Part shown: positions 34,276-48,686 of the stretch, one piece after another
Numbering within the stretch: position 1 is the first letter of the stretch
Layout: every line of letters starts with the position of its first letter
DNA from: Tubiluchus corallicola
Lineage: Eukaryota; Animalia; Priapulida
Length of the DNA stretch: 64,000 nucleotides
Assembly: GCA_030141605.1 (NCBI GenBank)
Contig: JAQGDQ010000303.1
Location: forward strand, 62,001 to 126,000
Direction: 5' to 3'
Notes under the pieces: model-generated
Told to the model about the DNA's origin: nothing
Databases searched by the model: none
The model's input: only the letters and a program-made list of their open reading frames with translations
Position numbers and translations under genes: made by a program

Positions 34276-36424
34276 CTGAATCCGGCGGCGGGTTTCATCA
34301 GAAATATAGCCGAATTTATTACCATCTTTACGATTACCCAGAGTGCGCAATTAGCACAGTAGAAAAGTATTGAAAACAAATGTTGAGGGTATCTAGTAGT
34401 CCAGATGCAACGGAACATCAAAGACACAATTTATTTGCCCTGAAAAAGTCGTAAACAATGAAGGTATAACTGAGCAAGGAAACGTTTTTAACACATCGTA
34501 AGAAGCGCATATAACGACAGCGTATTCAGCTGCGGGGCTGATCCAAAATTTCAGGGGCGTGTCTAGATGAAACTGTTACTGCATCTAATTTTTAGAAAGT
34601 TTAGACTGACACCATTTATGACATTTTGCTGATAGTCTTATGATTTTTTTCAAGCTTACAGCATGCTTGTGAGAGAGGTAGTTTCTATGTATTTAATTGT
34701 TGAGGCTAAAAGGCAAGATGATCTGTGACATATTACATTACTTTTTTGAATCGTGCGGAATGAGCTACTATTACTACTAGCGAAATGCGTGGCATGCAAA
34801 AAGGTGTTTTCATTTGAATTTAATAGCAGTAGTTGGATGAGCATAGGGTACTTAATAATACAGCTCCCGCGTAGAGCGGTTTCTGCGACTTCATCTCATA
34901 AATTCCGCAGAATCTTATCAAAATGTTTCGCACGTAAGCTATACATCTGCCGTTTTAATAAAATGAAACGCACAGTTAAGAAACAAAAACTGTTAACAGG
35001 CTGTATACATTGCGGTTGTATACATACTATGTTTTCTCAACAAAAATGAACGCAAAATTGTTATATTATAGCTTGAGAGACTCGGTAAATAATTAACGAA
35101 GGTAGATAGAACTGAATTTCACTGATTTGACGGAAATATTACTAATTTTAACCGTAATTAATCCTTAATTTCACTATTAGGTAAAAAACTAGATTTAATG
35201 TCACGTTACTTTAGAAATTCAGAAAATAGAACGAATGAGTAAAAATGAAATGAAACAGCCATTTACCAGCTAATATATGGACTATAGAGCAATTCGGATT
35301 CACTCCGTGCAGCCAACAACAAAAACAGCTAGCCAACCAGTCCAACCTATGAATGAGCAACTGAATAAATATATGAGCAAGCAAATAAAGAAGAAATGGG
35401 AAAACAAGTGAATAAATGAGCAAATAAACGACAATGATTGAGCAAGCAAATTACCTGGCGATAAAAGATAGAGAGACAAACGAAAAAAGTAACAACTAGA
35501 AATAATGAATAAAAAGAAGAAAGCAGGTAAAGGTTTTATTTTATGAATGATTGATAAATTGGTTTTGCTAAATTGCTGTCACAATAGCGTTGATGGAACA
35601 TTAACTGCACTAGCAACGTAACCGCATGTATCACGCAAATGAACTAAATGACAACACCTTGACAACCAAACTGATTGATCAGCCGAATGACTTATTGGAC
35701 AAAATGGCTAAATGATAGAGAGGTTGTGCATGATCATAGCGTTTTATGATGAAAACGTTGTCAGTAATATAAACAACTCGCGATTCTGAACTGGCAGCCA
35801 TTAATGTCTGGCTGTCATGTGATAATTAATTAGTACAGTAATTAATTAACTATTCTTCAGTTAATCATGTGATAGTTCTTTACACACTTTGCATGAAAAA
35901 ACGCTAAACGTCAATCTCTCTTGGAACTGTAAAAAAAGCTTGCTTTCACATGTTATTTTACCTTGTTGACGGATCAAAAATAATTAATCGCCCAAAGAGT
36001 CTCGGTTTCCTTCGTGATTTTTGAAGTAGTGATACCAACGACAACTGTTCATAACCGTGGATACCAATTCTTTTATAATGATCACCCATAAGCTACGGCA
36101 TAGCTCATATGCTAAGTTTATATTAATTAGTCCGGAATACGAAACATTTGGTTACTCGGTTAATGAGTTTTTTCTGCTCTAATATGCCATTTACCTTTAT
36201 ATGAATTCATTCTTCTTAAAAAATTGGAATAAAGAACAACTCTGTTATAGCTTCACAATATCAAAACTGACTAAATCTTGTTACTTGAACAACTAGAACG
36301 AGACCCTCATGATGACGAAATAGACCTAGAGCGTTACTTCGCAAGTGAGTTCCCAAAAACTATTGTTACTGAGTTTTCAAAATTATAAATAAATTACAAG
36401 TTGTAAGTTGTAAACGGCACTATG

Positions 36425-37410
36425 TTTCCAGTTAAATTATTAAGCAAAACAATTCGCGAAACAAACTAAATAAACATATATAAATAAAAAATCGTCGAAG
36501 ATCGAGTTTATAGTATAAGTCAATCTTAACGTTAGCAAAAATACTATTTAATCAGTTTAGCTGTTTTAACTAAAGTTTTCCTAGTTTTGTGATTTGAATG
36601 TCAGGTCAGTTATTCGCCTTAAAATTCAGAGCAAAAGTAGTTCAAACGAACTGAATTCACAAATCGGTGCATAATGACAGCATTTACTTTGTTCTGAATT
36701 TATTGCCTAATCGCTAAAGTTCAAGTCAGGTGATTGATTTGCAATAATTATTGCACAGTAACTGTTGGTATCAGTCGGTATTCAGCTCTACGCGTGCGTA
36801 GTTCGCGAAGCCAAGCTATCTAGACTGTCATAAACTACAAAGCGCTTATGCTAAAGCTGTTGAGTGCGGACAAATTTGGCGTAAGTTTGTGACATAGAAG
36901 AAAACTTACTTCTGCTATTCAGGTAAGCAATTTTTTGTAACATAATTCGTTTTATCAATCCTTTTGATTTTTAGAAAATAATGTTTTACTTCTTGTAGTA
37001 ATATGAGTGGCCACGTTTAATAGTGTGCAGTAATGGCATTTAGGAAATTAATATCAGTGGTTAATAATCGTCAGTAAACAGTCAGTGAAGAAAAATGTAA
37101 AATAGTTAAAAATGCAGCGCGGAACACTCACTAGAACTTTAAAAAGCTGAATATTTTTCATAAGCACTATGTTGCTTGTTCCGAGCTCTGTGAATTTCCA
37201 GTTAAATTATTAAGCAAAACAATTTGCGAAACAAACTAAATAAAGAGAAATAAACAAAAAATAAAAAATCGTCGAAAATTGAGTTTAAAATATAACTCAA
37301 TCTTAACGTTAGCAAGAATGCTATTTAATTCGTTTAGCTGTTTTAGCTAACGTTTAACTAAGGAGGAACACTCACTAGAACGTCAAAAAACTGAATATTT
37401 TCATAAAATT
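36425..37410. repeat. Local direct duplications
   Basis: 36425-36575 matches 37195-37365 (TTTCCAGTTAAATTATTAAGCAAAACAATT...); 37121-37163 matches 37365-37406 (GGAACACTCACTAGAAC...). Confidence 0.8.
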
Positions 37411-37945
37411 TATGACACCATCGCAAAGTTACTACAGCAAAAAATAACTGCGTCACCGAGTTAGTTATACTACAACGTCCCAAGAACATTATAATAATTG
37501 TCTTAATAAATAACAAATTTCCAAAATCTATGTTTTATAGACATCTGTTACAATGTTTATCGATATATCCATAAAATAACATGAAGTTTATTCATGCACG
37601 TCATCCTGCTAAATATTTGCCTTTATAGAAGTGCAAGCGTCTAAAATTGTAACAAATAAGTACATTAAATACATTTTTACGCATTTCTTCACTTTGCAAG
37701 CTGGAATTCAGCACTTAATAGCTGCTTGAAAAGTTTTAATGCGAGTCGCATTCTTGCTGATGACGCTTCCCCGGTAAAGTTTAGGAAAGCTAGCGAAAAA
37801 TCTAAAGAAACAACGTTAATCTTTTGAGAAACGTAGTTTAAAAACCTTAAACATATATTTTACGTAATAGAGTCGCAAAATGGTATTACGCGGGAGAAAA
37901 TTTATTCTTTTCGGTTTTGATTGTAAAACAAATCTCAGTTGCTTA

Positions 37946-37989
37946 CTAGGTACTGACCTGCAGTGCTCACACTTCGCTGCAGGGTCAGT
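37946..37989 (-). mobile_element. Helitron-like 3' terminus (hairpin plus CTAG|T)
   Basis: The minus strand reads ACTGACCCTGCAGCG-AAGTGTGAG-CACTGCAGGTCAGT followed by AC-CTAG-T. The 5' end was not located. Confidence 0.5.
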
Positions 37990-38383
37990 TTCACAACTTT
38001 TCTTCTCACCTTTTACCAGTAAGCAAAAATGAGGAAAAGCTTCAAAATCAAAATTTTTAGGTGTAAGAACGTCATGAAAGACGCATGAAAGATACATGAA
38101 AGAAACTGCACATAAATTGCTAGTTATTGTAACTTTTTTCTTTGTGTATTTTTATTGAAAATTTCATTTTCTCATAATAAAAAGACGTTAATGGAAGTTT
38201 TAATAAAATTTAACATAATAATCTGTAAACCCTTTAGTAAGGCTTGGAAATTCTTTGTTGAAAAACAAATAAAGCGTCATTGCCCCGAATAATACTTTAA
38301 ATTTTACATATGGTATGCAGTTTATAATACAATGTGAAAATGGAATAAAATGCTAATAGGAATGTTTACAGAACATTTTTTCG

Positions 38384-38510
38384 GGTTAGCTCAAAAGTAT
38401 AGCCTTTTAGTACACTAAGAATAAGAATAAGAAACATGTTACTTCTTCTCGGCAAGCAGAAGCCCCGGGTTCGAATGCCAGTGGGTGAAAACTTTTTCAG
38501 ACTTTCTAAT
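38384..38510 (+). mobile_element. Degenerate tRNA-derived SINE head
   Basis: A-box-like TAGCTCAAAAG and B-box-like GGTTCGAATGCC; no intact cloverleaf. A similar B-box fragment lies at about 47590-47645. Confidence 0.35.
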
Positions 38511-40297
38511 TTAGAAATGCTTTCGGGAGCTTATATGGCTACATTTTGATGACATCGCTTTTCTTGCAACGACACATTTTTCAGTTTCCAGCTTACATTT
38601 TATACTCTAAAATCTGCATTAATCACGCCTTTCATTAATGCAAACTCGGTGAGCCAACCTTAAATTGACGTGCTAAAAGTGACGCTATAAATGTCAACAC
38701 TGCGACATATATTAATAAATAAGCGACCTTACGTTATTAAAGGGTTGTAAATTTTCATAATTGAAATTTGGTGGTGTGAAGCAACACAGAAATGCTCAAT
38801 TCCTTTATTAGGGCGTTTAGAGCGTACACACACAATAGTACTTATTATGTTTTTGTCAGTAAGTTTAATTTTATTATCATTATGCTTTTTAGTAGGCGAA
38901 CATTTGTCACTGCTGCTGAAAATTACACTACCTTCGAATTTTATAGGCACGGTGATTGCACTGATTTCGCCCCGTTGATTCAAGGAAGACTATTACCATC
39001 CGAGTAATAAAATAACCTAAACGCAATCCTGCCTACCACTGTGGTTATTTAATCTCACAAAACTGGTTCATAAAGCATTCGTATACAACATTTACTCTAG
39101 CTTTTTTATGTATTAGTATTTATTTTTAGCTTATTAGCTTTTTACCAGATGAAAAAGAAAAGGCTATGCATGTGAAAGTTAGGTGTAACACTTGTTGAAG
39201 TACAGTTTTTGCACATCACAAACACTCAGGCAAGTTTCGAAGAACAAAGTTTATCAAGGTTATAAGAAAATTTAAATTTCCTTGACAAGTACCGAGTTGA
39301 AAAATGACGTTCATCATCAAAACGACGTTCGGCAGTAGATTAAAAAAGCGTTTATGCGTCCGTTAGATTGAATGGCTTTAGCAACTACTCAGATATATAT
39401 CCTCACTTCCAATTCAAATAATTATTACGTTTTGGCACATTACTCTTACATAATTTAAACATCGCTTTTTGTGAAGGTGCACCTTCCTGTTGATTCCACT
39501 TTTCACAGAATGATAGTGCTTTTCAGACAGGATGGAAATTCGCTGTCTAGGATGACAATCTTTTCTGAATTCAAAATAAACAAAAATTGTGTCAACAGAA
39601 TTAGGTTAAAATCTTGAGAAAGTAAAAGTGTAAAGTTTGATAAATAACTTGATAAAAGGCTTTATTATTCGTATGGAAAGAGTCGCAGAATGCCACTTCA
39701 TGAACAATAGAGGTGTTTAAGTATTGAGGTCACATCTTGTCAATCAACACATGGCTTCGGAGCGAAGTCAATCATTGGCTTAATACGTGTTTGTAATTCC
39801 CAATGGATCTCTAATACTGCAGCAAATGAAAGTGGTAGCCACCACAGACAAGTTCAGTGAGGGAGAAGCCAAACTACTCATCTCCCAACGCGCAATCATG
39901 TAACATTAAAAGTCGCAAAGAATTAATAAGAAAATTTAAACCAGTTAAGTAGTAAATAGTGATGGAGGTTCTAGTTTACATTTTACATTTTTGTGGCCAC
40001 TGATGTTTATTTTCTATTGACGCCTTTGCTACTGTACTTGGATCTGCCACACAGGAAGAATAATTGTAATAAACTATCCCGTGGTGGGTGCGTTCACTAC
40101 TCCAGTTGAATTTGAAATTAATTTGGCGGTAACTGATTAAATCGTTTCGCGCGTTTCTATTTGACTTTTACGTCGATTAAAGGAAATTGAGTAAGGTGAC
40201 TTTTGTCTAAGTTTTTTGTCTATGTAAACTTGTTAGAAAAATTTCACAAAGCTATAAGTTGTAATTATTTTCCCCAAATAATATCGTGGTGACCAAA

Positions 40298-40545
40298 ATA
40301 ATGATGATGATGATGATGACGACGAAGAAGAAGAAGATAATGATGATGTTTAATGATGCTAATGACGATGGTGATGATGACTATAGTTGTGTGACGATGA
40401 TGATGATGATTACGATGATGACGATGTTGTTGTTGTTTTTGTTGTTGTTGTTGTTGTTGTTGATGATGATGATGATGATGATGATGATAATAATGATTAT
40501 AATGGTGATGATGGTAGTAGCAATAATGGTGGTAAACGATGATGA
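40298..40545. repeat. (GAT)n/(GTT)n compound microsatellite
   Basis: Directly visible. Confidence 0.93.
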
Positions 40546-41191
40546 AATAGATTTTTCTGTTTCTAGACTATTTTTTACTTTGTTACCTGTACTCAGTTGA
40601 GTGGTGACCCTTTAGACCAACCTTCTTGATTGATTTTTCAGACAAACTTCTTTTTAGAACGAGTTTTCAGCTTGACTTCGCCTTGAACGACTTTTTTCAG
40701 GTAAACCAAAAAATTAATGTTCAGGCTTCTGCAGCTTCTGATTATCTAGCCAATCTTTTAGGCTGACTTTGACCAGTCCACCTGGGTGCATTTTAACGGT
40801 GACGTCAGTGTTAGCCTACGGCCACTTGGTGATTACAAACCCTCTACAATTGCAAATTCGTGTCAAAAGGCCAATCAATATACTGAACACATGACAAAAA
40901 CAAGCTTAAATGGCTTTTATGCTGCGGCAGGTGGCTTCAGTTGCCACGACAACATGAGAATGTTGAAGTTGAGTAAAAGAGAAAGCTTTTTTTGTTCTGG
41001 TGAATACTTGTCAACATTAAATGACAATGGGGCGTATTAGTCCCTGAAACAGGGTCAAAAACCTCTCATTATGTAAACGAGGCAACTGCAAAAAAAAAGT
41101 GAAAACGAAAACGCACCTGGACAGGTGGTTGGCTGCTACGGCACTTTCGACATCTGCATTTCGCAAGTACCAACACAGAATTACTGATTTT

Positions 41192-41362
41192 ATGTTATTG
41201 TTGTTGCTGCTGTTGTTGTTGTTGTTGTTGATGATGTTGTTTGTTGTTGTTGTTGTTGTTGTTGTTGTCGTCGTCGTCGTAGTAATAGTGGTCGTCATCG
41301 TCGTCGTCGTTGTCGTCATTCCCACCGCCGTAGCTGCTGCTGCGGCTATTGCTGTTGCTGCA
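41192..41362. repeat. (GTT)n/(GTC)n/(GCT)n compound microsatellite
   Basis: Directly visible. Confidence 0.93.
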
Positions 41363-42152
41363 ATTTTAAGCAATATTGACTCAATTTAAACGAAATTCTT
41401 CGTTGTTATGGACTGAACGAGAAAGCAAATTTTGGAGTGCAAATCATAACATCACGTTATTAGATGAGGTTGTTGGCATTTTGTGCAGGTAAAGGCGAAA
41501 TAGAATTTGACTCACAACTCAAAGTTAATTTTGCCCAAATTTTGGTTTTACATTTGCACTCGTGTAGAGATATTGACTTCACGGAAGATTGATAACCTTG
41601 GATCAAAGCTTCTAAGACCATCAACATGAATGTAGTTTTTCATCACACGTGTTACGATGGAGGTAAAAAAGTGAAGGTCTCACACGAAAAGTCATAATCA
41701 AAATATGCACATGAATAAAAGCTAAAGTAACACAATGCAGCAACGTCCGGCAACATTATTTTGTTGATTAGTTTAGATCGTCAGAAGAAGGAGAGGTACA
41801 AAGCGCTGTAATACGTCACAAATTTTCTGAGCTCAAGTCATTTACTTGAAAATCTGACATATTTGCTCTCATGCGTCGTGTCATTCTAGTGTTCCAAATG
41901 ACCTTTAGGAGAACACTATTAACCATATGTTAGTAACCATACTGACCATAAGGTCATATGGAGGTCAAAGCTTACGGAAGTATATGCCTACTGATATCCA
42001 CAAAAAAGAAATATATCGGTGATACGATGTAGCAGTGAGTCATCATCTTATTTTTTTTTTACTGATGACTGTCATAAAAAGACGTATACAAAATGTTCCA
42101 ACACATATAGCTTACCAAAAGTCAACGTTGTCTGTTTTTGTGCCTGTGTGAT

Positions 42153-42633
42153 CAGCGGCGGATTATGATTTAATGGGCCTTAGGCTTGAGCTTGGAACGG
42201 GCCTTTTAAATGTTGCTACACTGCTGAGCTGACGTGTTTTTGTGGAGCTTTCGTCGTTTGTAAGTTTGTTTAATTTTGTGAGTTTTTGCCCACCGATTGT
42301 GATAAAATGGACTTTTTAGAAATTATAAATGACTTTGCCCCCAGAAAAATTCGGAAACTGAAATTTTGAACTTAAACTTAAACTGTGTAAACGTGAATTG
42401 TGTAAACTTAAATTGTGTAAACTTGAATTGTGTAAACTTAAATTGTGTAAACTTGATTTGTGTAAACCCGATTTGAAATATAGTGACTGACTTTTGAAAA
42501 AAAGAGCCCCTTGCTCTTTTGTCAATTTATTTTTTTTACAAAAAAAAATTTGTTTCGTTTTATTTTGCCGGGCCCCTTTTGATCCCGGGCCTTAAGCTTC
42601 AGCCTATTCAGCCTATAGGGCTATCCGCTACAG
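42153..42633. mobile_element. hAT-type MITE with a perfect 8-bp TSD
   Basis: TSD TGTGTGAT at 42145-42152 and 42634-42641. Termini CAGCGGCGGAT...ATCCGCTACAG. Internal 15-bp tandem repeat AAACTT(A/G)AATTGTGT at about 42370-42470. Confidence 0.85.
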
Positions 42634-45504
42634 TGTGTGATGCAGATGACCCCAGATCGCGATCGAGTTCACAGGCTGCTCTAAGTCATCACTCAGAATA
42701 TACAAGACACTAAAGTGGAGCAAAGATTAGCGGTGACAGGAAGAAAACAGTCATAAAAAAGTCACAAACCGGTTTCAAACAAAGAAGTTCTTCAATAGGA
42801 CTATAAATTTCCTGCAGAGGCTAATGAGGATGTTAGTTAGGTACTAATATTTTAAATCGGCAGTAAAACTTGACTTCAGAAAACCGACGAGTAAACTGTT
42901 AATTCTTCCCTATTTACATTGCACTTTTTCGTTTTGAGAAGCAAAGAAACAATAAGACATTTCAGATCTCTTCCCTGAATGCGCGGACAGGCTTGTATCT
43001 TCATAAAAATTCGTGCATGCAACCGAAAATTATACAACCTCATTGTAAACCAGGAGCTTTAGTGCCTTGCCGATAATCCATTTAAGGTTATATTATCCAC
43101 GACGCCTTTAAGTCGATTATTTCTAACCCCAGGTTAGTTCTTTGAACAAATCAACACTAATAAAAGTTGCAATGCGCGTTGACTTACAGCATATAAGTTT
43201 AAAGATGTTAAGCAAAAATATTCACAAAAACCAATATGTTAAAACATACCGCTCCATCTAACTCGGTCTTAAAATTCATAAGACTAGTCTTCATTAAAGC
43301 ACAGATAACAAGAATTGCTTAGTTGATGATTAGCTTAGATCTCATTATGGAAGAGTTAACCGAAGATAATTTAGAATCCTTTTTATTTATCAGCGTAGAA
43401 CTCACTGGACAGCAGTTCACAAGATCAAAGTCGCTAATAAAGGTGACAATTAACACCACCTTAACTTATGTAAAGCTAGCTGCACACATGTAGTTGACAA
43501 GTTTATTAATTAGAGATAACTGATTCTGTGTAGAGGACAGGTGAGATCTTATCAATGTCTAATTAACTGGATTGGAAGAACAGAGATTATACGGAGAGCC
43601 TTCTGGGTAGCTTAATAGACTGGAGCAATTCCAAAAACTCCATTTGCATAGTTGCTTTTAAAAAGCCTTAGATAGCCGCCACATTTCGAATATCTCATTA
43701 TTCCGTGGTGCTATTATATTCCGCAATGTAATGCAAGCAACAAAACATTTGAGTTTTCCAAAATGTGAATGAGGAAATTCCAAATGGACGTAAAATCCGA
43801 AATAAAAGTTTTGCGACAATAATTCACGATCTCTTACAAAACTAAAGTCTGGCGGTGGTTTTATGTAAGTAAATGTGGCCAAGAAAGCTTGTACTGTAAT
43901 TAAATTCTACTTTCTAGTGCGTAAAAATCTAAATTGTTGCAAGTACGTGGAATTAATTGCAAAAATTCTGATTTCCATTAATATTGTAATGTTGAACCGG
44001 TCTATAGCGTTCTGTTCGTTTAGGCGACGTTTCTGTCGTTTTTCATTTAGTCTATGTAAATGCTGTGAAAAAATCTCCTGTATTACAGTAAACATCTATC
44101 TAAGGATGTTTATAGATTATGGGCCGCATAAAACCTTCTTCCTTTTCTTAGCTCATTAAAGGGGAGATAAAATGCAAAGTGATTATAAGCATAATAATTC
44201 ATTTGTCTAACATATATACATGTCGTCAATGGTATACTGTACACGGCAACAACTTCCATTACACACGTTGGTTAAGCTTACTTATTGACATACAGATCAC
44301 ACTGTTCGTTAAACTTTTTTATTCCCTGTATTGCTTGTGTTATTAGAGTATCTTTCTCTTTCCGCGGAAAAGAATGTTGTAACCATAACTCTATCCATGT
44401 TTTTAACGTTGGAGTGCACTATGAATGCGGCCTAACAGCCGTTTCATTCAAATGTTACTGTGTATACTGTGTATTGCTGCGCACTTGCGAATCTAAAATA
44501 AGTGGGTCCACGACTCATTGGTGAAGTAACTTTGAAGCTTTATTGACTGATCATAACTTTTTTACAAATTAATCAGTGTAAACTACAGTAATAATTATCA
44601 AAACAACAGTCATTCTAAAACTAAACTGAATTAACATTCATATTGGAAAGCCTAACAGTAAAACCCAGTAATATCATTCATTTTAAACAGTTACTTAAGT
44701 TGCGCTTGCAGGTTAATTATTAGCTACCAGTTAGTCAGTTAGCAGTGTTAGTAGGCATCTAGTAGCCACATCTAAGTGAAAATACTTTTTTAGAAATTTT
44801 AACTTTTTTGTTATTCGCTTTTAGTTATCACATTTTAGGTTATCCTTTCTGAATATGCGAGAGCTGCAAGTCACAGTTTGCCACGCACTTCACATTTTAT
44901 TTTATTCAGTTAAATTTCCTGTCGTATCCACATGTGCACTGACTGTAAAACTGATTGTAAAAATAAAATAAATTCTTTTTATATCATTGAAAAGGAGAAC
45001 AAATTCAAATTCCAAGGCTAAAACGATATATTAGCTGACGAATCATATGAGCATTTGTCTAGTCATGTGAACTTTGCTAGCCATTCAAAATCACTTAGTT
45101 GAAGATATGACATTTGTAAGTCCCCGGGTTTCTAAGTTTTGCAGTGCATTGCATTTTTTCAGACCTATTTTCTACGTGATATAGGACGTACAATTGCAAA
45201 AATTATCATAGAAGATATAAACTTGCAGTTTCCTCAAAATAGATATACGTTGTAGATATGTTGTAGATATGATCCTTTGTAGGAAACTTCATTATTGATC
45301 AATGAACAGGGGGCACTTCTAAAAGGATATTAATTTTGATTTGTAGTGGCCTTCGTTAGAGACGGGTAACATAAAGTTCAATAAAAGTCCAAGTTGTTCA
45401 TTTCAACTTTCATTTGTGTAAATACTGTGACTAGCTCCTATAGTATCTACAAAATTTGGTCCTTTCTGGCTAGTGAGGACGGTCAAACAGAAGAGAAGAG
45501 GGAA

Positions 45505-45507
<3 letters not shown>

Positions 45508-45583
<76 letters not shown>
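45508..45583. repeat. (GA)n microsatellite
   Basis: Directly visible. Confidence 0.97.
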
Positions 45584-45587
<4 letters not shown>

Positions 45588-48500
45588 TCATTGGGCTGAT
45601 GGTAATGCATTTAAGAGGGTTGTGATGCCAGTGAGTGGAAAAGCTGAAGCACACCTCCTTCATATTCTAAAAAGTTAATTTATTATCATAAAAGAAAATT
45701 GTACTAGGTAACATTAACTTTACTATTTATTGCATTATCGGTTTGAATTTTTTATTACTGTTTTTGTGTTTATGTGTGTCTCTGTTATCATGTGTTTTGG
45801 AGTCTTACATTATACGCTAGTTTTTAGTAGTTAGTACATTATCAGTTAATTTTATTACATTATCGGTTATTTATTACATCATGTGTTGACAGTTTTTTAA
45901 ATAATAATATATATTAATTTTTGGATTTACAAGATCGGGCGTGTATTACATTTTCAGTTGTAACAAGGTACGTCGCACATAAACCTACACATGCAAATTA
46001 TGAACTCACTTTAAAATACTTATTGAATACCTCTTATTACAAGCATTATTATTATTTAGCACATCAAAATTATTTACAAAACAATCCTTCATAAAACTCA
46101 TTTTGAACATTGTCTTAATTAAATTCGCATTCAAATGTCATATGATTTTTAAAATTTTATCCTCAATAGTAGATAATAATTTTTAATTAAGCAGGCCAAT
46201 TGTTACATTAAACAAAATAGTTATATGAAATAAAGAATTAGCCTATTAAAAAGGAAATTTAGTTGTCTCTCCGAAAATATAAAGTTTTACAAGGCAAGAT
46301 TTTTGCAAGCTAGCATATTGCAAAAACTTATGTATAGGTCTATCGGAACCACTTAAATTTTCACTGTTAGGAATGCTGAGGTGTTAGCTAGCAGCTGCTG
46401 CGTTATTTCGCTGTCGTAAGAAAAGTTGATCAAATTCGTTTACGCCCAATTGAGAGGTCACAAATCATAACAGTATAGCTATGTCGATGATACTTCACAC
46501 TTGCGTTTCCAGTTTTAGTCCAAACTTTTTCAAGAATGTGTGAAATTGCTAAGATTCTTTGAGGGGGCGGGACTGTTACAGCCTAGTTTGTGAGAAAAAA
46601 AGGAAGCCTGAAATAAACCTTCAGTTGTATTTTTTTGTATTTTAATTATTATGACACAATGCTTTCAATGGCTTCTTTCATCCGAAGCTGTTTGAGTGGA
46701 TTATTAACTTTAGCAAGCCAACAATACATTGGCAATAATTAAAGGCTGTGGTAAAACTTGCGAAAAATAGTAGATTCTTAAAAACCCCTTGAAATACTTT
46801 TTGCCATAATTTTGGTCACTGTTGCCATAGTTTTAGTCACTGTAAATCATTCCCGTTTAATTGTTAAAGTAATTTTACTTTTGCTTTATGATATTTTGTT
46901 CGCAAACGACGATGAAAACCTTCCAGAAAGCTTTTTGTTGGTACACCGCTAGTGAAATGGCACGTGTCATCTGCGAAGCGATTCATATTTGCAGGGCTGC
47001 TTTCGTGGTGCATGCACTTTGGTAACACAAACTGGAAAATCATTTCTTGTTAAAGAAATGTGCTTTTGATCTTCATAGGATAGCGTTTAAAGATTTTTAC
47101 GCTGCCGAAACTAATTACCCCAACATTTATTATATCTATAGTTATTTTAAAGCAAAGCCATATAAATATACCAATCAAGATCCATGTACTTGCTTCAATA
47201 AAAATAAATGAAACAAAACTGACGGCTAGATCCCCTGAGAAATTGCGCTTCTTTTGATTGTAGAACATATTAAATGTACTTCGGTTTAACTTTACGATTT
47301 ATTCTGAATTCCTGAATTATTGACGTCGTGTATATGGCATACGTAACATGTGGCCGATTTGCTGTATTAAAACACGATTTTAGACGGATTTGCTCCAATA
47401 AATTAGTCACTAGTCGAAAATCAAGCTTACATTTAACGTGGCCAGTGTGATAATTCTGTGTAATACTAATTAGCAGATTTTTACTAAGCATGGACTTAAC
47501 CTGCAATTATTAAATTTTTGAAACCAAGGTTGGATGAGTGGAAGCAAATACAAAAAAGTCAACACTGAGCTTGTGAACCAAAACCACAAGGATGGCGTGA
47601 CCTAGCGATCGTGGCAGTTTCAAAGGTCCCTGGTTCAAATGCATGCAGATTCACAACCGATTTTTATCAAATTTGCTTTCTGTCAGTAAAATTCGGTTTT
47701 AAAAATCAGATAATTTCGTTATAAATAGACTACGCGTAAATTTTGCTTAGCATTTGTTTAATAGTTTTATTAGTTATCACTCGCAAATGGTCATAGTATC
47801 AGTTAATTTTCAGCAAGTCTCAGCTCTTAAAATGGAAACCTTTCAGTCAGTAGCTTCGTGAAAGTCTAAAACGTTTTCGACTTTGAATTTGAGCTTATAA
47901 TTTATGAAAAGGTTTGACTTTGATCTTATTTTAAAACTCGTAGTTGTTACATCAGGTAAACGATAAAATTCTGGACATATGTGCAATAAATGCCTAGCAA
48001 AAGTGCGAGAAATTTGACTAATAATTACTAAACTACACAGGTCAGACAGGTCCTTTGAAATCCATTCTGTGCAAACATTGCAACTTACCATGGTGTCACT
48101 TAGCAAGGTACAACATGAGGATCTACAATCTAGACACAAATGCCATCTCTTATGAGATGCGATTAGATTAGAAATAGAAGACTCATAGGTCTCCTTTACT
48201 ACGACCAATCAGATTGGTCTTGCAGTTTTATGCAATTTCTGACGCACTGTAATCGGAATCTAACACTTAACGACTAGCCTATTATAAAGTCGGTGGTTAT
48301 GACAGGACTAGAATCTAGGTGAAATACAAGCACTGAACTGACCTGGGTGTTTGGGCCACGCAATGACGAGTGAATTAGCCCTGACCTGAATGGCAAACGA
48401 ACCGCGCACAAGTTCTATAACTAGTTGTGACAACGTGTCTAAGAAAACGTTAAATTGTTATTAAGATGTTTCGCTCAGCAGTCCCGCTGTTACGAGCTAT

Positions 48501-48616
48501 ACTTTGATTGAAGAACATATAGTAAAAATTAGCACATGAGTCCCTGTAAGACAGTGCGAACAATGCTTTACTTTTTCACCTTAATTTCTTATGATGACCC
48601 AAACAACAAGATTTTT

Positions 48617-48638
48617 AATAATAATAATAATAATAATA

Positions 48639-48673
<35 letters not shown>

Positions 48674-48686
48674 AATAATAATGATA
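48617..48686. repeat. (AAT)n(GAC)n microsatellite
   Basis: Directly visible. Confidence 0.93.

Noticed and set aside
38384-38490. Possible tRNA gene
   Set aside because: The B-box is present but there is no intact acceptor or anticodon stem; treated as a SINE relic.
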